Position numbers and translations under genes: made by a program
Part shown: positions 37,560 through 50,965 of the stretch, one piece after another
Layout: every line of letters starts with the position of its first letter
How positions within the stretch are numbered: position 1 is the first letter of the stretch
The notes under the pieces: model-generated
What the model was told of the DNA's origin: nothing
Seen by the model: the letters and a program-made list of their open reading frames with translations, nothing else
Databases searched by the model: none
Assembly (NCBI GenBank): GCA_002633005.1
Contig: NMRA01000006.1
Coordinates: 1,913,469-1,977,468, forward strand
Direction: 5' to 3'
Origin: Phoronis australis
Taxonomy: Eukaryota > Animalia > Phoronida
Length of the DNA: 64,000 nt

Positions 37560-40500
37560 TGGTCATGGCTTTGATTCCCTGAGCCTCAGACAACTTTTAT
37601 GATGCCTATTCAGCACGCCTTTTGTATTGATGTAGATCTGAGCTAATGAAGTGGGAAGGTAATAGCTAGCACCACTTCTCAACAATGATGGTCGTTATTA
37701 CAACCAAATTGTTTTTCTCTGGCATTTGCACAGAGTTAAAGCCTGCAATGTGGAGAGCAGTTTTAACCTGGTATATTTTAAATCTAACAAAAAGACTAAA
37801 AAGATAATTTGTGTTGATCTTAGCAGGTGTTCCATTAAAACTGCAAGCAATCGAAATTGGCGCATTTCCGCGAATAGCAGTTTTCCGGTTAGTGTACTAC
37901 TCCCGGAGTAAAGTAGTTCGGCATGCACTGTCCTAATAAGCGAAGTTTTAAAAGTTATTGACATCTAATTTAATCGCTTTGTGTTGTTTATAGATGTTTC
38001 AATGTAGCTATAGTTGTATATTAAAAGAATAATCCTCGTGATATTGTTAACTCTGATCAGCGTTTGTAAATGAACGAGTACATCAAAACGCACAGTCGTA
38101 CCCAATGTTTGTAGTTTTTAGCTTAATAGCTCGTCGATTTTTAAAAATCGAAAACCAATCTTGGTTGTTTTTTCCAAGTGAATACAGCTGTGGTATTTGT
38201 TTTAAACAAAAATTGTTGCTTAATGCATTTTGAAAATTTGCCAGTATGTACAGGCAGAGATGCTTACTGTAGTTTACGGTCGGGTAATTACACGTAATTG
38301 GGTCTTGCTTGCACCGGACAATGCGGTCATCGCAACTGAGTCTGACTCTGGCGCCGCACTCTCTCTGATCCCAGTAAAAGCCGCTCAGAAGGACGAGCGA
38401 TGAAAAGTCACGCATATCTTTAGATATGCGTGACTTTCGTGTAAGCGCATTATTCACCTCAACTCTACATGTTTCTACTTTAAGAAAATGGATGCATTCA
38501 CAGAGTTACAATACATAGTATTGTAGCTGTTTGTCTAAATTCAAAGACTTGTCAATAAAGTCCTACATAACATTAATGCAATTTAGAAAAATCACCTGCA
38601 CCTGCATCTTCAGGACAGGCATTTGACGCCTGAGCTGGCTGAAGCTTGAATCACCTCATTGCAGACTGTCAGGTAATTTATATCGCTTGAAAATGCCATC
38701 CATCAAGTCGTCTTTCTGTTTCTCATAAATTAGAAACAAACATAAAAAACCTTGAATGAAACTGAATTTTGTAACGACCGACCGAGCTTGGTGGGAATCG
38801 ATTTAGAAAAAAGGTACGGCGACCAGAAATTGACAGGTGAGTCATGCAAGTGGTGATCTAATACCACTATTACAGCCAGTGAGTTCAGACTTACACATTC
38901 ACTATCATGGTAAAAATAGACAATGTTGTCATACTGTGAGACAAGAACTAGTAGACTGGCTGTTGAGGCACAGAAAGCCAAACACGTAAAATAAATAATA
39001 ATTCCAAATAAGTTGCCACGGTGTTTGTGTATGATAAAATACAAGCAATCAGGTAAGTTTTGAATTTCAATACAGGTGCATCTAGCATCTACCAGAGACA
39101 AGTTCGATGTGGGTGAATGAGCCTGCAAAGAATGCAACTCACTGTTTCATCTATTTACAACCTCGGACCTTAAAGTCTGTACAGTTCACCAAATGTCAAC
39201 AAAACTATAGAATTTATCTTAAGAAACATAGATATTTTCTGGAAGTTTAAAAAGCCACTAGAATTTTTTATTCTTTATCCCAATCCGCCGTTCACTTGGT
39301 CACATGACCATGTGTTTTAAGTTCCCAGATCATTTTTATGTTATTTAACCTTTTAAAATGGTAAAGCGAAATTCGATACTTTAGAAAACGGAACAATATG
39401 GAAGTTTATGGTTGCCGATATAGATTTCTCTATTATTGAAAACCAGTGTGTCTCTGTGCATGGGGTTGTCTAACATTCCTTGCGCCATAGTTGTCACAAG
39501 GTGTCGGGTGTGAAGTGGCGCTTGGCTAACTCAGGGGACAAGTTGTTCTGGGGTAACTCTTAGTGCCGACAAGACTTTAGATTTTCCACAGTGTTTCAGT
39601 TAGTGGTACCACCCAACATTCTCAGCTGAGTGATAAGCAGTATTAGCAGTCCACTCAGAGACAATGACAATTATCAATTTAATACGGTAAAAACTTTTGG
39701 CCTCTCAAGTTCAAGAATCACTGCAAAGACTGCAAAATCACCCACTCTGTAGATTGAAAATGCATTGCCCAAAATTCAAGAAATATGGTGAACACCAAAA
39801 TCACACTTGTTCCAAATTCCAGAATCAAGAAAATTCAGTTCATGTCAATATGCTCCTTTCACTCTCAGTCATCCTTCTGTTCTAAGTTAGCATTGCATGT
39901 AGTTATGTAAAAGTATCGTGAGCTCCCAGAATGTTCAGAAGTTCAAATTGGGTCTAGCCTTAAAACTACAATCCCGATAAGTCTGTGGGCAATGCAGCTT
40001 GATCTGATCATCTTGTTCGACTCCATCTTGGCTTCACTTTCAGTATCGTTTCAAATGGTCACACATGTGCCATCTGCAGTCTTTAGACCTTAGATCTTTA
40101 CCGTGGTGGCTGTTAATCCGGGTCAGTGGGAACGCTGGCAAATTACTATGATCGCTCATCTTAATTATCTTAAGGTGTGTTACGCCGGGCCTTTACTCCG
40201 GTTTGGTCAGTGGGAAAGCAGTAATAAAACATTGCACGCTCCAATCGCTGTGTTCAGAAAAATAAAAAACAATATAATCAACAATTATAAATGTACCGCT
40301 TGACCTCCTTCCTCCCTCGCCAACCCACGTCACGACGATCCATTAACGAGGTTTATGAAATTGGCATGTTAGCTGGTCCAGCTGTATCTAATTGACAGGT
40401 TAACACAACACACTGGTCCTCCAAACTTTGTAGCATTATTTTTACTCAATAATTTACAACAGATTTTATACAAAACAAACTCAGGTGCTTGTGTGTTGGT

Positions 40501-40749
40501 CATCAGGCAAAAGCTCAAAAAACATACACACAAACTTCAGTACAGGAGAAAAGTAAGTTTGAATCAAATTAGAAAAGCTATTCATTATTGATGACATCAT
40601 AATTGTCTCATATTCGGTTAAATCTGATCAAGAAACATACAAGAGTATAGAAACATGATTAACTCATACACCTGACTCGGGAAATAGGTCTGTATCCAAC
40701 ACCCATTTTTGTCCATTCCAAAATTATCACTCATTTAAGAACAATAATC

Positions 40750-41060
40750 ACAGAAAAAAACAATTCGCATTGGCAGAACAACGTATACCCTCATCCCCTC
40801 TCAGTACAGAAATAGACTGACTCAGGTCTGAGAAAGGGGAAGAGGAGACACTAGAGGAGCACAAATACATGCAGAGCCCACATGACGCTCCCACTAACAT
40901 ACAACTGTGGTATAAACGTTTTAACACCTTTCCTGCTATCGTGACGCTGGAAAATATTTCACTGACGATCGGTGTAATATACAAACGGCGTAGGGAAAAG
41001 GTAAACCTCTTGAAATACCCATAGATGGAGGACATCATTCCCACTGAGATTAATCCGCGA
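40750..41060 (+). pseudogene. Possible decayed LINE endonuclease fragment
   Basis: SLTIGVIYKR resembles the APE 'IGVIYRPP' motif and is preceded by a G-rich RGG-like stretch; heavily frameshifted. Confidence 0.25.
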
Positions 41061-42419
41061 CTACATAGTTGGTGGCAGAGACTGATAAAGTGGTAGAATT
41101 TCAATCCCAGCCGATGTCAAAAAGCTAAAACAAGTTAGTAAACTGAAAATAATCAAACTATGGAAGGGACAGCTAGACTACGGGATTTATTCCTCTGTTT
41201 TTTAACTAATGAACCACTGTATGTACCAGTGAATTTTTGTCCACAAAATCTGAGTCGGGATCAAGCTGAAGTTGCTTTCTCACTTTCATTAGTCTAGAGA
41301 GCGCCAATATGGCAAGTCCCCTATTACATACAGTTCAGGGATTCAAGGTATTTCACAAATCTATACTTTGAGAAGCCCATGTATCAGTTCCCCCCATTCA
41401 TGAAATGGACAATGCTCAACACTCACAGTTTTGTGTGATCAGTAATTATAGACCTGAGGCTGAATGCATATTACAGATGATTGCTATCACCTGCTGGTTA
41501 CACACCACAAAATTCTCAGAAATCCCCAGCAGCCTGAACAGAATACAAAGGAAAAGTTTCCTAGAAAACATAAGGGGTATCATTAGCAACTAATATGCTA
41601 ATACTCAGGTGTTAAGTTTAGCACAGAATCTCCACTAAACCCCAAACAGGAAGGCATACCGCAAAACAACACTGGCAGTTCCCAGAACAAATTACTCCTG
41701 GTTCAGTAACAGATAAGTGATTCTATGCCAAACCATTGGGGAAATTCTGTACCAAGCTCTGCAATTAATTTTTATCAATAATAATAAGTTTTCTAGTAAC
41801 ACCGACTATTGCCACAGTGATCCAATCCTTGCTATTTTATCTCTTAACACATTAACTACAGTATTCTTCACATTCAAACAAAAATTTTTTTCGAAAATGT
41901 CATTTTCACCTCATGTTATCATTAATAGAAATAATCATAATTTCACCATGAGATCGTCAATGACAGTCATCAGTGCACAACTGAAGGCGTGACAATAACG
42001 AAGACAAAGCTTCATCCTATTTAGTTCTTGAGAATTTTCATATGATGATATCTCGTTGTTCGGCCATAGAGTGTTGCGGACAGAAGAAGCTTTAGGTATC
42101 ATATCAATACAGAAAAAGCCCCCCCCCATGTTCATATGAGATAGCTAGATTATCATTATCAGTATCTCAGGATTGATTGAAACTAAATAGGACCTAGGCA
42201 GAGACTATCCAGGCACTTTCATCTTGTAACACAGACGTCTCTAATAGCTTCTGTCTGTATGCCACATGGATAGCAGACCTTATGAACCCTCCATTCTGAC
42301 AATACATGTTCTCAGCCACCTGGAGTCCTGGGTGACACAGCTTTTCAATCAGCAGAGCACAGAAATGTACTGACATTGTAGTTGTTAACCCCCTTGGAGC
42401 AATCGAGTAGTCAAAATTT

Positions 42420-42595
42420 CTGCCTGCCTGTGTGCCTGCCAGCTTGCCTGCCAGTCTGCCAGCCACCCGTGCTGTAGTGGTAAAATTAGAGGTAAGTATG
42501 CGCCCAAAGCCCGCCTACGCCTCACTACAGCACTGCCAGTCTGCCTGCCTACCTGCCTGCCTGCCAGCCAGCAAGCCAGCCAGCCAGCCTGCCAG

Positions 42596-42639
<44 letters not shown>

Positions 42640-42662
42640 CCAGCCTGCCTGCCTGCCTGCCT
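42420..42662. repeat. (GCCT)n/(GCCA)n microsatellite
   Basis: Direct tetranucleotide array, interrupted around 42470-42535. Confidence 0.95.
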
Positions 42663-45600
42663 GTAGGCAGTGATTATGAACAGCAAGAAGATATTGAACC
42701 TAAATGGTTTTAACCGCTTTGACCCCCCTTCCAACTAAAATGGACTCTACTGAAAATTAGTTACCAGGCTAACTTTGAAACTGCTTGTGAGCATATCCTA
42801 TTTCCAGTTGGACACATAGTGACCGCTGAACTCTTGTTACAGCAGGTGATCGGGATAGGAAATGAAAGCCTGGTGTTTTCCACGACCTTTTCCTTAACAT
42901 GTTGCTGTGACCTGTTCGCTGGCACCTGCGACATGAATGACTTGCAGCCCATTTAAAAAAACAGTGACCACTTTGGAAAAAGGCGATGTCATCATTAATG
43001 GTCATTGCTGCTTTAAATTAGGCTAGGTGCATTACAATTCAAGTACATTAGGTTACAGGCCAGGTAAATATGCACCAGTACTTAAGATAGTGAAACTGTT
43101 AACACATGTATACAACAGAGAATGTCAGCTGTGGGGCACTTCTGCCCTGTATCTTGGCATCTGAGCCCTTCCAGACATGTTCGGGTGTTCAATATGGAGA
43201 ACAGTGAAGTTTGCGCTATCAATCGAATTGCATGACCAATCAAGCACAGATGGGAGACTATTAAACCGAGACAACATCCCCTCCGTTAGAGGGCTGCTCA
43301 CACAGTATGTTAGAAACCAACAACAACTGTTGAGACAAAGCGGCCATAGAAAAATCAATTTCATGGCAACCAGGTTGATTTATTTACTTCAAAGGACAAG
43401 TACCTCACGCAGAGAGAAATAAAATGAATAAAAGCAAGTATAAATATCTTTATATCCTCCCAGGCAAGAAGTATTAATGTGCCCTCACACAAATTAATTC
43501 CTTGAACATTAAAACCTAGGTCCTACCACTGGCTGGAAAAGTTCTAACAATAGCTGCCCACAATAAAATTAAGCTGAAAGTGGCTTAAGGCGCATTTTGC
43601 TGCTGTTTAACTATCAACAACCACTGACTTAACCAGAAGCACTTTGAGGTTTAAAAGCATACCTACCACTCTCATCCGGTCTTGGAATTGTTGCTGAATA
43701 AGCCAGCGACTCAAGTCACAAGCACATGCGTAAATGAGATGTTTTCGAATTTGCAATTTTAGTGTTGGCCAACCCCAAATAAACTCTGAAGCCTTTGCTT
43801 GTGTCATTGATGGCTTCAATCTTCTTTTTGGTAACGAAAACCTAATTCCATCATGGTAAGGGATATTAAGACACCAATTTTATGAGAAAAAATGCCTACA
43901 TTGATTTTTGTTTCAATCCATCTAAACAACGCGAGATACAGTTCTAGATCACATTCTAGACATTCCGGCAAGTTAGTTTTAAAAACAAAAAGGAATTCTT
44001 CATTTGATTTCAAGTGACTTTCAACAGAACAACATTTAAGTGTTAAAAACTTTGAAACGAATCTTTAACGGAGAAAAATAATATCGGTTTGTATTGAACA
44101 ACGTGACAACAATCCCCCGTGGTATAAATTGTTTTTCACTGTCTGCAGGTTTCGGTTGCCTCGCTAACGAAGTTATGATTGATGACTACTAAAATTTTTA
44201 TTTTAATTACTACAGGGACAGACAAGGATTACATATGTCATATTTGAGGCACTGCTTTTTGTACTACAATTATTTCATTTCGTTTTTTAAGGTAAAAATG
44301 CTTCACGTTGAGACAAAATTAATCACTAAAATTGCTATATTTCTAGTTTTTCAGAGGCTTGCCAAATTGTTTTGTAAATGGTCAAAATTTTACCAAACGT
44401 TGATTGGTAATGGCCACGGCATACAAATCATGCTAAAAGCAAAGTAAACTTTCCAGAAAAGTTATTTCTGTTGAGAAATTCGACAGAATGGAATTTCACC
44501 TGTCCGCTATATTCTGTCCCAAACTGAAGAATTTTTGTTCATCAGTCATTGATAACTGTAAGGGGTAAGTACGTATTCTTAAAGCGGCACTGAACTCATG
44601 GTTTCTACAAAGTTCTGATTTAGACCGCTTACCATCATAAATTTGGTCACAAATTATTACAGAATAGCCGAAATAAGTTTGACCTTTTGACCTTGGAAAG
44701 AATTCACAGTGTGTTATAATTTCTTCAGACCAATCTCATAAAATTTCACGACATGGGGTAAGAGCTTGACATAAAGAAATGCAAACAACATACCAACAGA
44801 TTGCATAAAAACAAACACCTAATGATGTGCTGTAATTATCTTTTCATTTCAAAGATCAAAATTGCTAGTGACTAAGAGAATAATCTTGCATTTATACTCG
44901 TTTTCCACACTTAGACGTACAAACACACGCAAAAGTCCTGGTCTTCATACAAAGCCCCCAAACCGTTGAAAACGGTTGTAAACTAAATCCAGAAGTGAAA
45001 CTCTTAAAAGATCTTGACTTTTGCAAGCATGTTCCAGTCTGATTTCGTGAAAACCACAACATGAGTATACCCACAAAAAATTGAATCCGTGTATTAAGTG
45101 AATGCGAAGTTTCATTCACGAGTTCTTCCACGCGCAGCTTCATCCAACAACAGCATCGTACTATTCCAAACTCATTATTGATCTGGCAGAAAAAAATATC
45201 TGTCATTTCTAAATTAATTACTCAACAATTTTCTGAATACAAGAGGGGATAACATGAAACAAAGATATGCTATGTACACTGTGTGCGGAAATGTCATGGT
45301 TGCATTTCTGAATTACTTTTCAGCGCAGGTTAAAGAGTCCATGAAAAAACCAACCCCAGAAACCAACCAATTGTTTAGGGTGAGGTAGGACCGCCTATGT
45401 ATTTCGGAAAATATCTACAAAACTCATTGAAAGTACATCTTTTGAAAGTAAAAAGTCTATAGAATTTGACATTAGCTATATATCAATCTGCCATCGAGTC
45501 ATGCGATTACGTTGTATTTAAGTAAAATTAATCAAAAAAGAAAGGTACTACCACAGCAAAAAAACGGCACCAAAAACATGACCTAATTTCGTTTGATATA

Positions 45601-47276
45601 AATTTTCACGCTGATTTATCTTAAGTGCTGTAACGGTTGTCTAAATTATCGTTTTGTTTTCGTTTTGTACAACTTCTGAGTTATTCATAAGTCGTAAATT
45701 CCTATTTTTATAGCCTCTCAAAAACATTTCCTCAAAGCGTTTTGGGGAACACCCGTCTTGAGACAGGTGATCAATGATCGTCACAAAAAGTGATTAGCTC
45801 ATCTCAAATTTTGAGCATTACCTTGTACCAATCCACAGAACAGCCAATCGTAAAACTGTTACCCACCATTGGCGCTTTTGTGTATCAAGCTCAAATGTGG
45901 GACTCTGAAATGAAACTATCATTCCATTTCGCTGAAAATGTTCAATACTACGCAGGATAAAAGCAGAAAAAAAGAGACTGCGATGAGTATTACATTTGTC
46001 TCTGAAACAGTTCGGCAAATGCATGGGTGCTGTAATTTAATTCAACCTAATTATTCCATAGAACATATGCAATGAATAAAACATGTTACCTGGAAAATGG
46101 GTAACGTTTTCCAGGTATAAGATAAACAGACAGGATGCTATAGTCGGTTTACAAATATCAAAAGTTGCCCTTCAATGAACCTGATCTCTGAACTACAGTA
46201 TTGTTCAACAAAACCTGCATACCCTTAAACTCGATGTCGGCCAAAGTTCAAAAAGTATCAATTATCGGTTAGATAACTGTTTTGTTCTCACAAAAAGCCC
46301 CAGACAATCCTGATAAGCCGTTAGATATTCATAATTATGCATTAAATAGTACCTTACAAAGCAGCCATAAACCTATGACCAAGAAACTAACTTTAGATTT
46401 ATAACACTACTATACCCTACAAAACTCATCTCGAATTGTTTCTCACATACATGAGAAACAATTTTTGGGCTTCCAAAGAACATATAGTTTGCTTTCAAGC
46501 GCACAAAATGACCCACTGTTTCTAACTAAAGTACAGCCTGATATGAAGCAACCATGAGCTACTAGTTCTTTCCAAGCCCAAAACCTCACATCTAAACAAA
46601 GAATGAGAAGTTAATTTCATAATGGTAAGCGAACTAAATCAGCTCTTTTTCTGACCGAAGGCGGGGTTCAGAGCCACTTTACGATGACACTATCGGTTCA
46701 CTTTCTATGTGACCTTTGTTTCACCTCAGTTGATTGCAAAAGCTGCATATGGACCACACGTCAAGGTACACATGTCAACAATGCCAGCGATTAAGACTCA
46801 AAACTGAAAGTTCCGTGAAATGAGGAGAGGAAGAAAAAAATTCATTTCGCATTGGCCACAGCCAGGTGGTACTCAACGAAAGTTCATACAGGTATGTGAT
46901 GATTATTTAGGATTATCTGTTTCATGGATATTTTCCATCAACACCACAAATCCTGACTGCAAGAAAGGGTACATCCTGGACATCGCAACTACTCTCAAAA
47001 TAGGTGGATTAAACTGTGGAGCTGTGCAACTCCACTTCTATCGTTAGAGGTCGCGACATGCATAACGCATCATCAATCTATATGGAGAAACAACTACGCC
47101 ACCTGGTGTTTAGTCCATAGAACGAACTCCTATGTCACTATAAAAGAGGAGTTAGTAGGAAACGCAAGGGGAGTTACCAAGCAACATTAATAGAACGGAG
47201 TTTCAATGATGGAAAAGCAATATTAGTTCAAGACAGGCAAGATGCTAGTCATGGATCATCTGGGTCAGAGGTTGAG

Positions 47277-50198
47277 CAGTGGCAGATCTACGTTGTCAGT
47301 AAGGGGGGGTTAGGATTCCCGCAAAGGTCGAATCTGAGGCGCGTGGCGCCGAGCGGGGGGAGGTCGAGAGGGGGGGTTTCCCTCCACCCGTGTAAGAAAA
47401 TTTTTTGTTTTTGTAGCCAAACAGTGAAATTTCCATGCATCCTGGTAAGTTTCTGAAACTTAACATGTCTCTGGAGTTTTTCTTAAGATAATTTAAAACC
47501 CTTCTCGATTTCGTCACATGAACTTGGCTCAAGAAACTTTCATGAAACCACATTTGGGTACGAGTCACGTCACCATCAAAATTTTTTGTTGGAACATCTG
47601 CTTCACACACCTATTTTAGCATACGAAAAGTGGTGTACGAAAAAGTGTGGTGTGTATACAGGGGTTTAGGAAACTACCAAATATTCAAGAGCACAAGGAG
47701 CACCGACGGGGCGTAAAAACTTGAATATCAGATGATCGTGTAACAGCAGCCTCAAGTTGTTTAAGAACGAAGACCGGTGTCCGGAAATAAACATGTGTTT
47801 TGTTTCGTTACGAGAAAAACCGACGAATGATGGTGCTCTCAGCTCATAGTCTATTATAAAAAGTGACAATAAACAATTAAGTATCACAGACTTTATTAAA
47901 CTGAATCACGGTGACAACAATTGAAAAACGTTAAATGTATCAGGAAGCAAATCATCTGAAAACAGTTTCACGAAACCAAAATGTTCTGTACACTTTGATG
48001 AAAAGATATACAGGACCAGTTCGCAGAGTGACCAGATGTTCACTGAGAGTACACAAAAAGGCTGGCCTGGTCCGTCACGAGACCAAAAGTACACCCGTGC
48101 TTACTATTCCTATAAAAATAGTCGATCTTCCGCGGGACCAAACACTACTGGCTGAAATAAACAGTTCTAGAAAGCACACTTTGGTAAAAAAACATCCACA
48201 AAACTATACACAAATCAAGCTGGCCTGGTCCGTCGCGAGACCTAAAGTATACTATGCAAAATATTTTGAATTGAAAACTTTTCTTTAGACACTTTTTAAT
48301 CCCCAGTGGTTGCTCATACATGTATTTTACACATCTGGTGGTCAACTGCTGCGAGAGGTTGTCTAGGAAGGGTTTTCGCACCGTTCTGTAGTACTCACTG
48401 GAAGAAACAAGTATTGAGAACAAATTTAACAATGCACTACGTGAAATAGATTTTGGATACGAAGCAGATAGAGCCAAGTGGAAATACAAACCAGAATCAG
48501 TTTCTGTGCGCTCGTGGACCCTCTGCTGTACTGGGAAAATTTGGCATGTCCAAAATAATTTCTATTTTGTTTTCATTGAACACAAGCATAAAAAACCGAC
48601 ATTATATACAAACTGTGTAGAATTATAACTTATTACCTGGGTGTTTCTCCAGGAACGTTAGTCCTATCCTTCTGTTGTCTAGACTGCCGAGGAATCTGTA
48701 TATCGGATTCAATGGCTTGCTCATCTTCGATGTTTGTTCCCAACACATGCACTTCGTCAACTGCTCTGTCAATGAGCTTATACGCCTCTACAATGTCAGC
48801 ATCTCCTTTCGCAGCTCAGTTGGCACTAAGCGCCCTGAGGTTGCCAAATCCAATCAAAAGACTTACATGCACAACTAAATTTGATCCGTTCATCATGGAC
48901 TACTTCAAACCTTGACGATGTATCCCAGGACCAATTTGCATCTCTTGCAATTTTTCGAAATAAACGTCTCAATGTCTGAATGCTTGAAACCCGAAGTACT
49001 AACATTAAATAAATGTCCATGGGCATGAACGTTTCATCAGGTGGGCCTTTTTTGCGGAAATTCCCAGTATAGAAGACGACAGCGGTGCTTATTGCAGGTA
49101 GAAAGACGGTAGGTGTTGAGGTCAGAACTAGGGACCCTTTGGAGACCTATTGAACATCGCATAAGTCCTGCAAGACTTTGTTGCGAAAGTACAGCCTCCC
49201 CGCAATTTCTGGTACTGTACACTGTTCGCGAATGCGGTCACTTTGTTAATGTGAGTGCCCTCTTGGTCATTCCTTGTATAGACATAACTTGTTAAAGTGC
49301 ATCTTCAAACAGACTCGCGACCAGACCACGGCGCCCGCCACAATAAGCAAATCTTCAGAAAACAAGTTTTTTTCAAAAATATTACATGTACATGTACACT
49401 GTACGATATTGCGCAAGACAACTTTACTATACACCAGCTAAATTCGAGTTACAAACGTGTGGAGTGTAATAGCATAACACGGCATGACAGATGAGGTAAA
49501 AACATTGCACGTCAATTCGCCTGAATATCAGGGTTGCGGCACTACAGTATTTCCCTTAATCAAATCAAAACATATCTTAGAGTAAAGAAGCTAATTACAT
49601 GCCCGCACCCAGCCTTCAATATGGGGGGCTCGAATTCCTGACTTTGTGGACCTTTTGGTAACAAAAAAGTGGGCGGAATAAAAAAAAAACGGGAGCACCA
49701 CTGTGGATTGCGCGTTTGCGCATGTTTAATGGACTTATGCCTCATTTTCTTGGACTTTTTGTCTCTCAGGGGCAGACCTTTTTGCCCACTTCGCCAAACG
49801 GGGGGCTCGTTCAAGCTCCCCAAGCCTCCCCCTCCTGGGTGTGCGCATGAATTACCTAAAGAAATCAGCTATAGAGCTGCTCTTTCAGCGGTGGATCCCG
49901 AATGCTTGGCTACTTCAGAAGTGTCGACGGAAGCGCGCCCACAATTGATCTCTGCGTGTTTTGCCGATGAGCCACGAAGACTCGAAATGCTTGGATTTTC
50001 ATAACATCAATTCACAATGCAAAAAATTATATTTTCAGAGTGAACCCCCCTCTCAATTTTTTCCAAGTTGGTTTATTTGGGGTTTACACACGCTGGCAGT
50101 GCCGTTTTTGTTTTGCTGAAGACGTTTTTTATTTTATTTTTTGGTCCTGGCCCAGGGGGGGTTAAACCCCCTGAATCCCCCCTGTAGATCCGCCACTG
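47277..50198 (-). mobile_element. Decayed hAT DNA transposon (~2.9 kb); second copy from the gap to 56572
   Basis: 15-bp TIRs cagtggcagatctac / gtagatccgccactg with internal hAT transposase remnants. Confidence 0.8.
48330..48960 (-). pseudogene. hAT (THAP12/PRKRIR-like) transposase remnant with an intron at 48398-48636
   Basis: Manual translation gives NWSWDT, then after a frameshift LRALSAN*AAKGDADIVEAYKLIDRAVDEV...IQIPRQSRQQKDRTNVPGETP, spliced (ag|gtaata...ttccag|t) to SEYYRTVRKPFLDNLSQQLTTR. This follows the 'PR..RQ..R.N.P....EYYR....PFLD.L..L..RF' hAT pattern, recognised from memory. Confidence 0.75.
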
Positions 50199-50785
50199 TT
50201 GAATGTCAAGCTGGTCCATTCTACCTGAGTGAACGAATGACCATACCTGAGCATAATGTTAACTGGTTAGAGGACAAAAAATTAGTGATGAAGAAAACCA
50301 GTCATTTCAATACCAGGACCCAGCTATAAGGAACAATCTTCCAGTAGATTCAAATGAATATCACGATCCGAGTCGCAGCTGAGGAACTGAACCCCATATC
50401 CACAACTTGTCAGTATATATTCAGTGAAACGAGCCTTTGGCTCTTGACATAACTATTGACTTGACTTGAGGTTACCAGTGTCAAAAATTTCATTGTCAAA
50501 GTTCTGCATTACTATAGAAACGATGCACAAATAACATCAAAATATTTGTTGGTCCTCGTAACTCATAACACTATAGAAAAGCACACGAAACCTGAAGACC
50601 TGGTGTTACAAGATTCAGCGCGACAGCAAGATTTACCGTGACTCAAGATTTTAAAATAATTCTTCACATACCACAGAAGCACCACGTTTCCCTCATAACC
50701 ACACTATTTTAACTTCAGAGATTACAGTGCATAAAAATTCTAAGGTTAACAGTATACAGTGAACGCAAAACACCACCTTTCTTAC

Positions 50786-50965
50786 CTTGCACTCTTCACA
50801 TTCCTTTGGAGACATTTCCGCCGAAATGTCAACTCCACTTTCCTTAGTCTTTGTTGTAGTTCCATTGGACAGATTCTTGTCGACAGTTGCGTCTTGACTC
50901 TGCATTTCACCACCGTCCTCAGGGACATCGTCGCCGCATGACACCGAGATGGCGCGCAGAGGCAT
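50786..50965 (-). CDS. MARCHF8: MARCHF1/8-like first coding exon, copy A (exon starts at 51077 with 5'UTR)
   Basis: MPLRAISV resembles the MARCH1/8 N-terminal MPLHQIS motif. It ends AAG|gtaaga in phase 0, matching the RING exon, with an acceptor ctcag at 51078-51082. Total 290 aa, the size of vertebrate MARCH1/8. Confidence 0.8.

Noticed and set aside
42432-42734. PACL/QAGR repeat ORFs
   Set aside because: Translations of a microsatellite.
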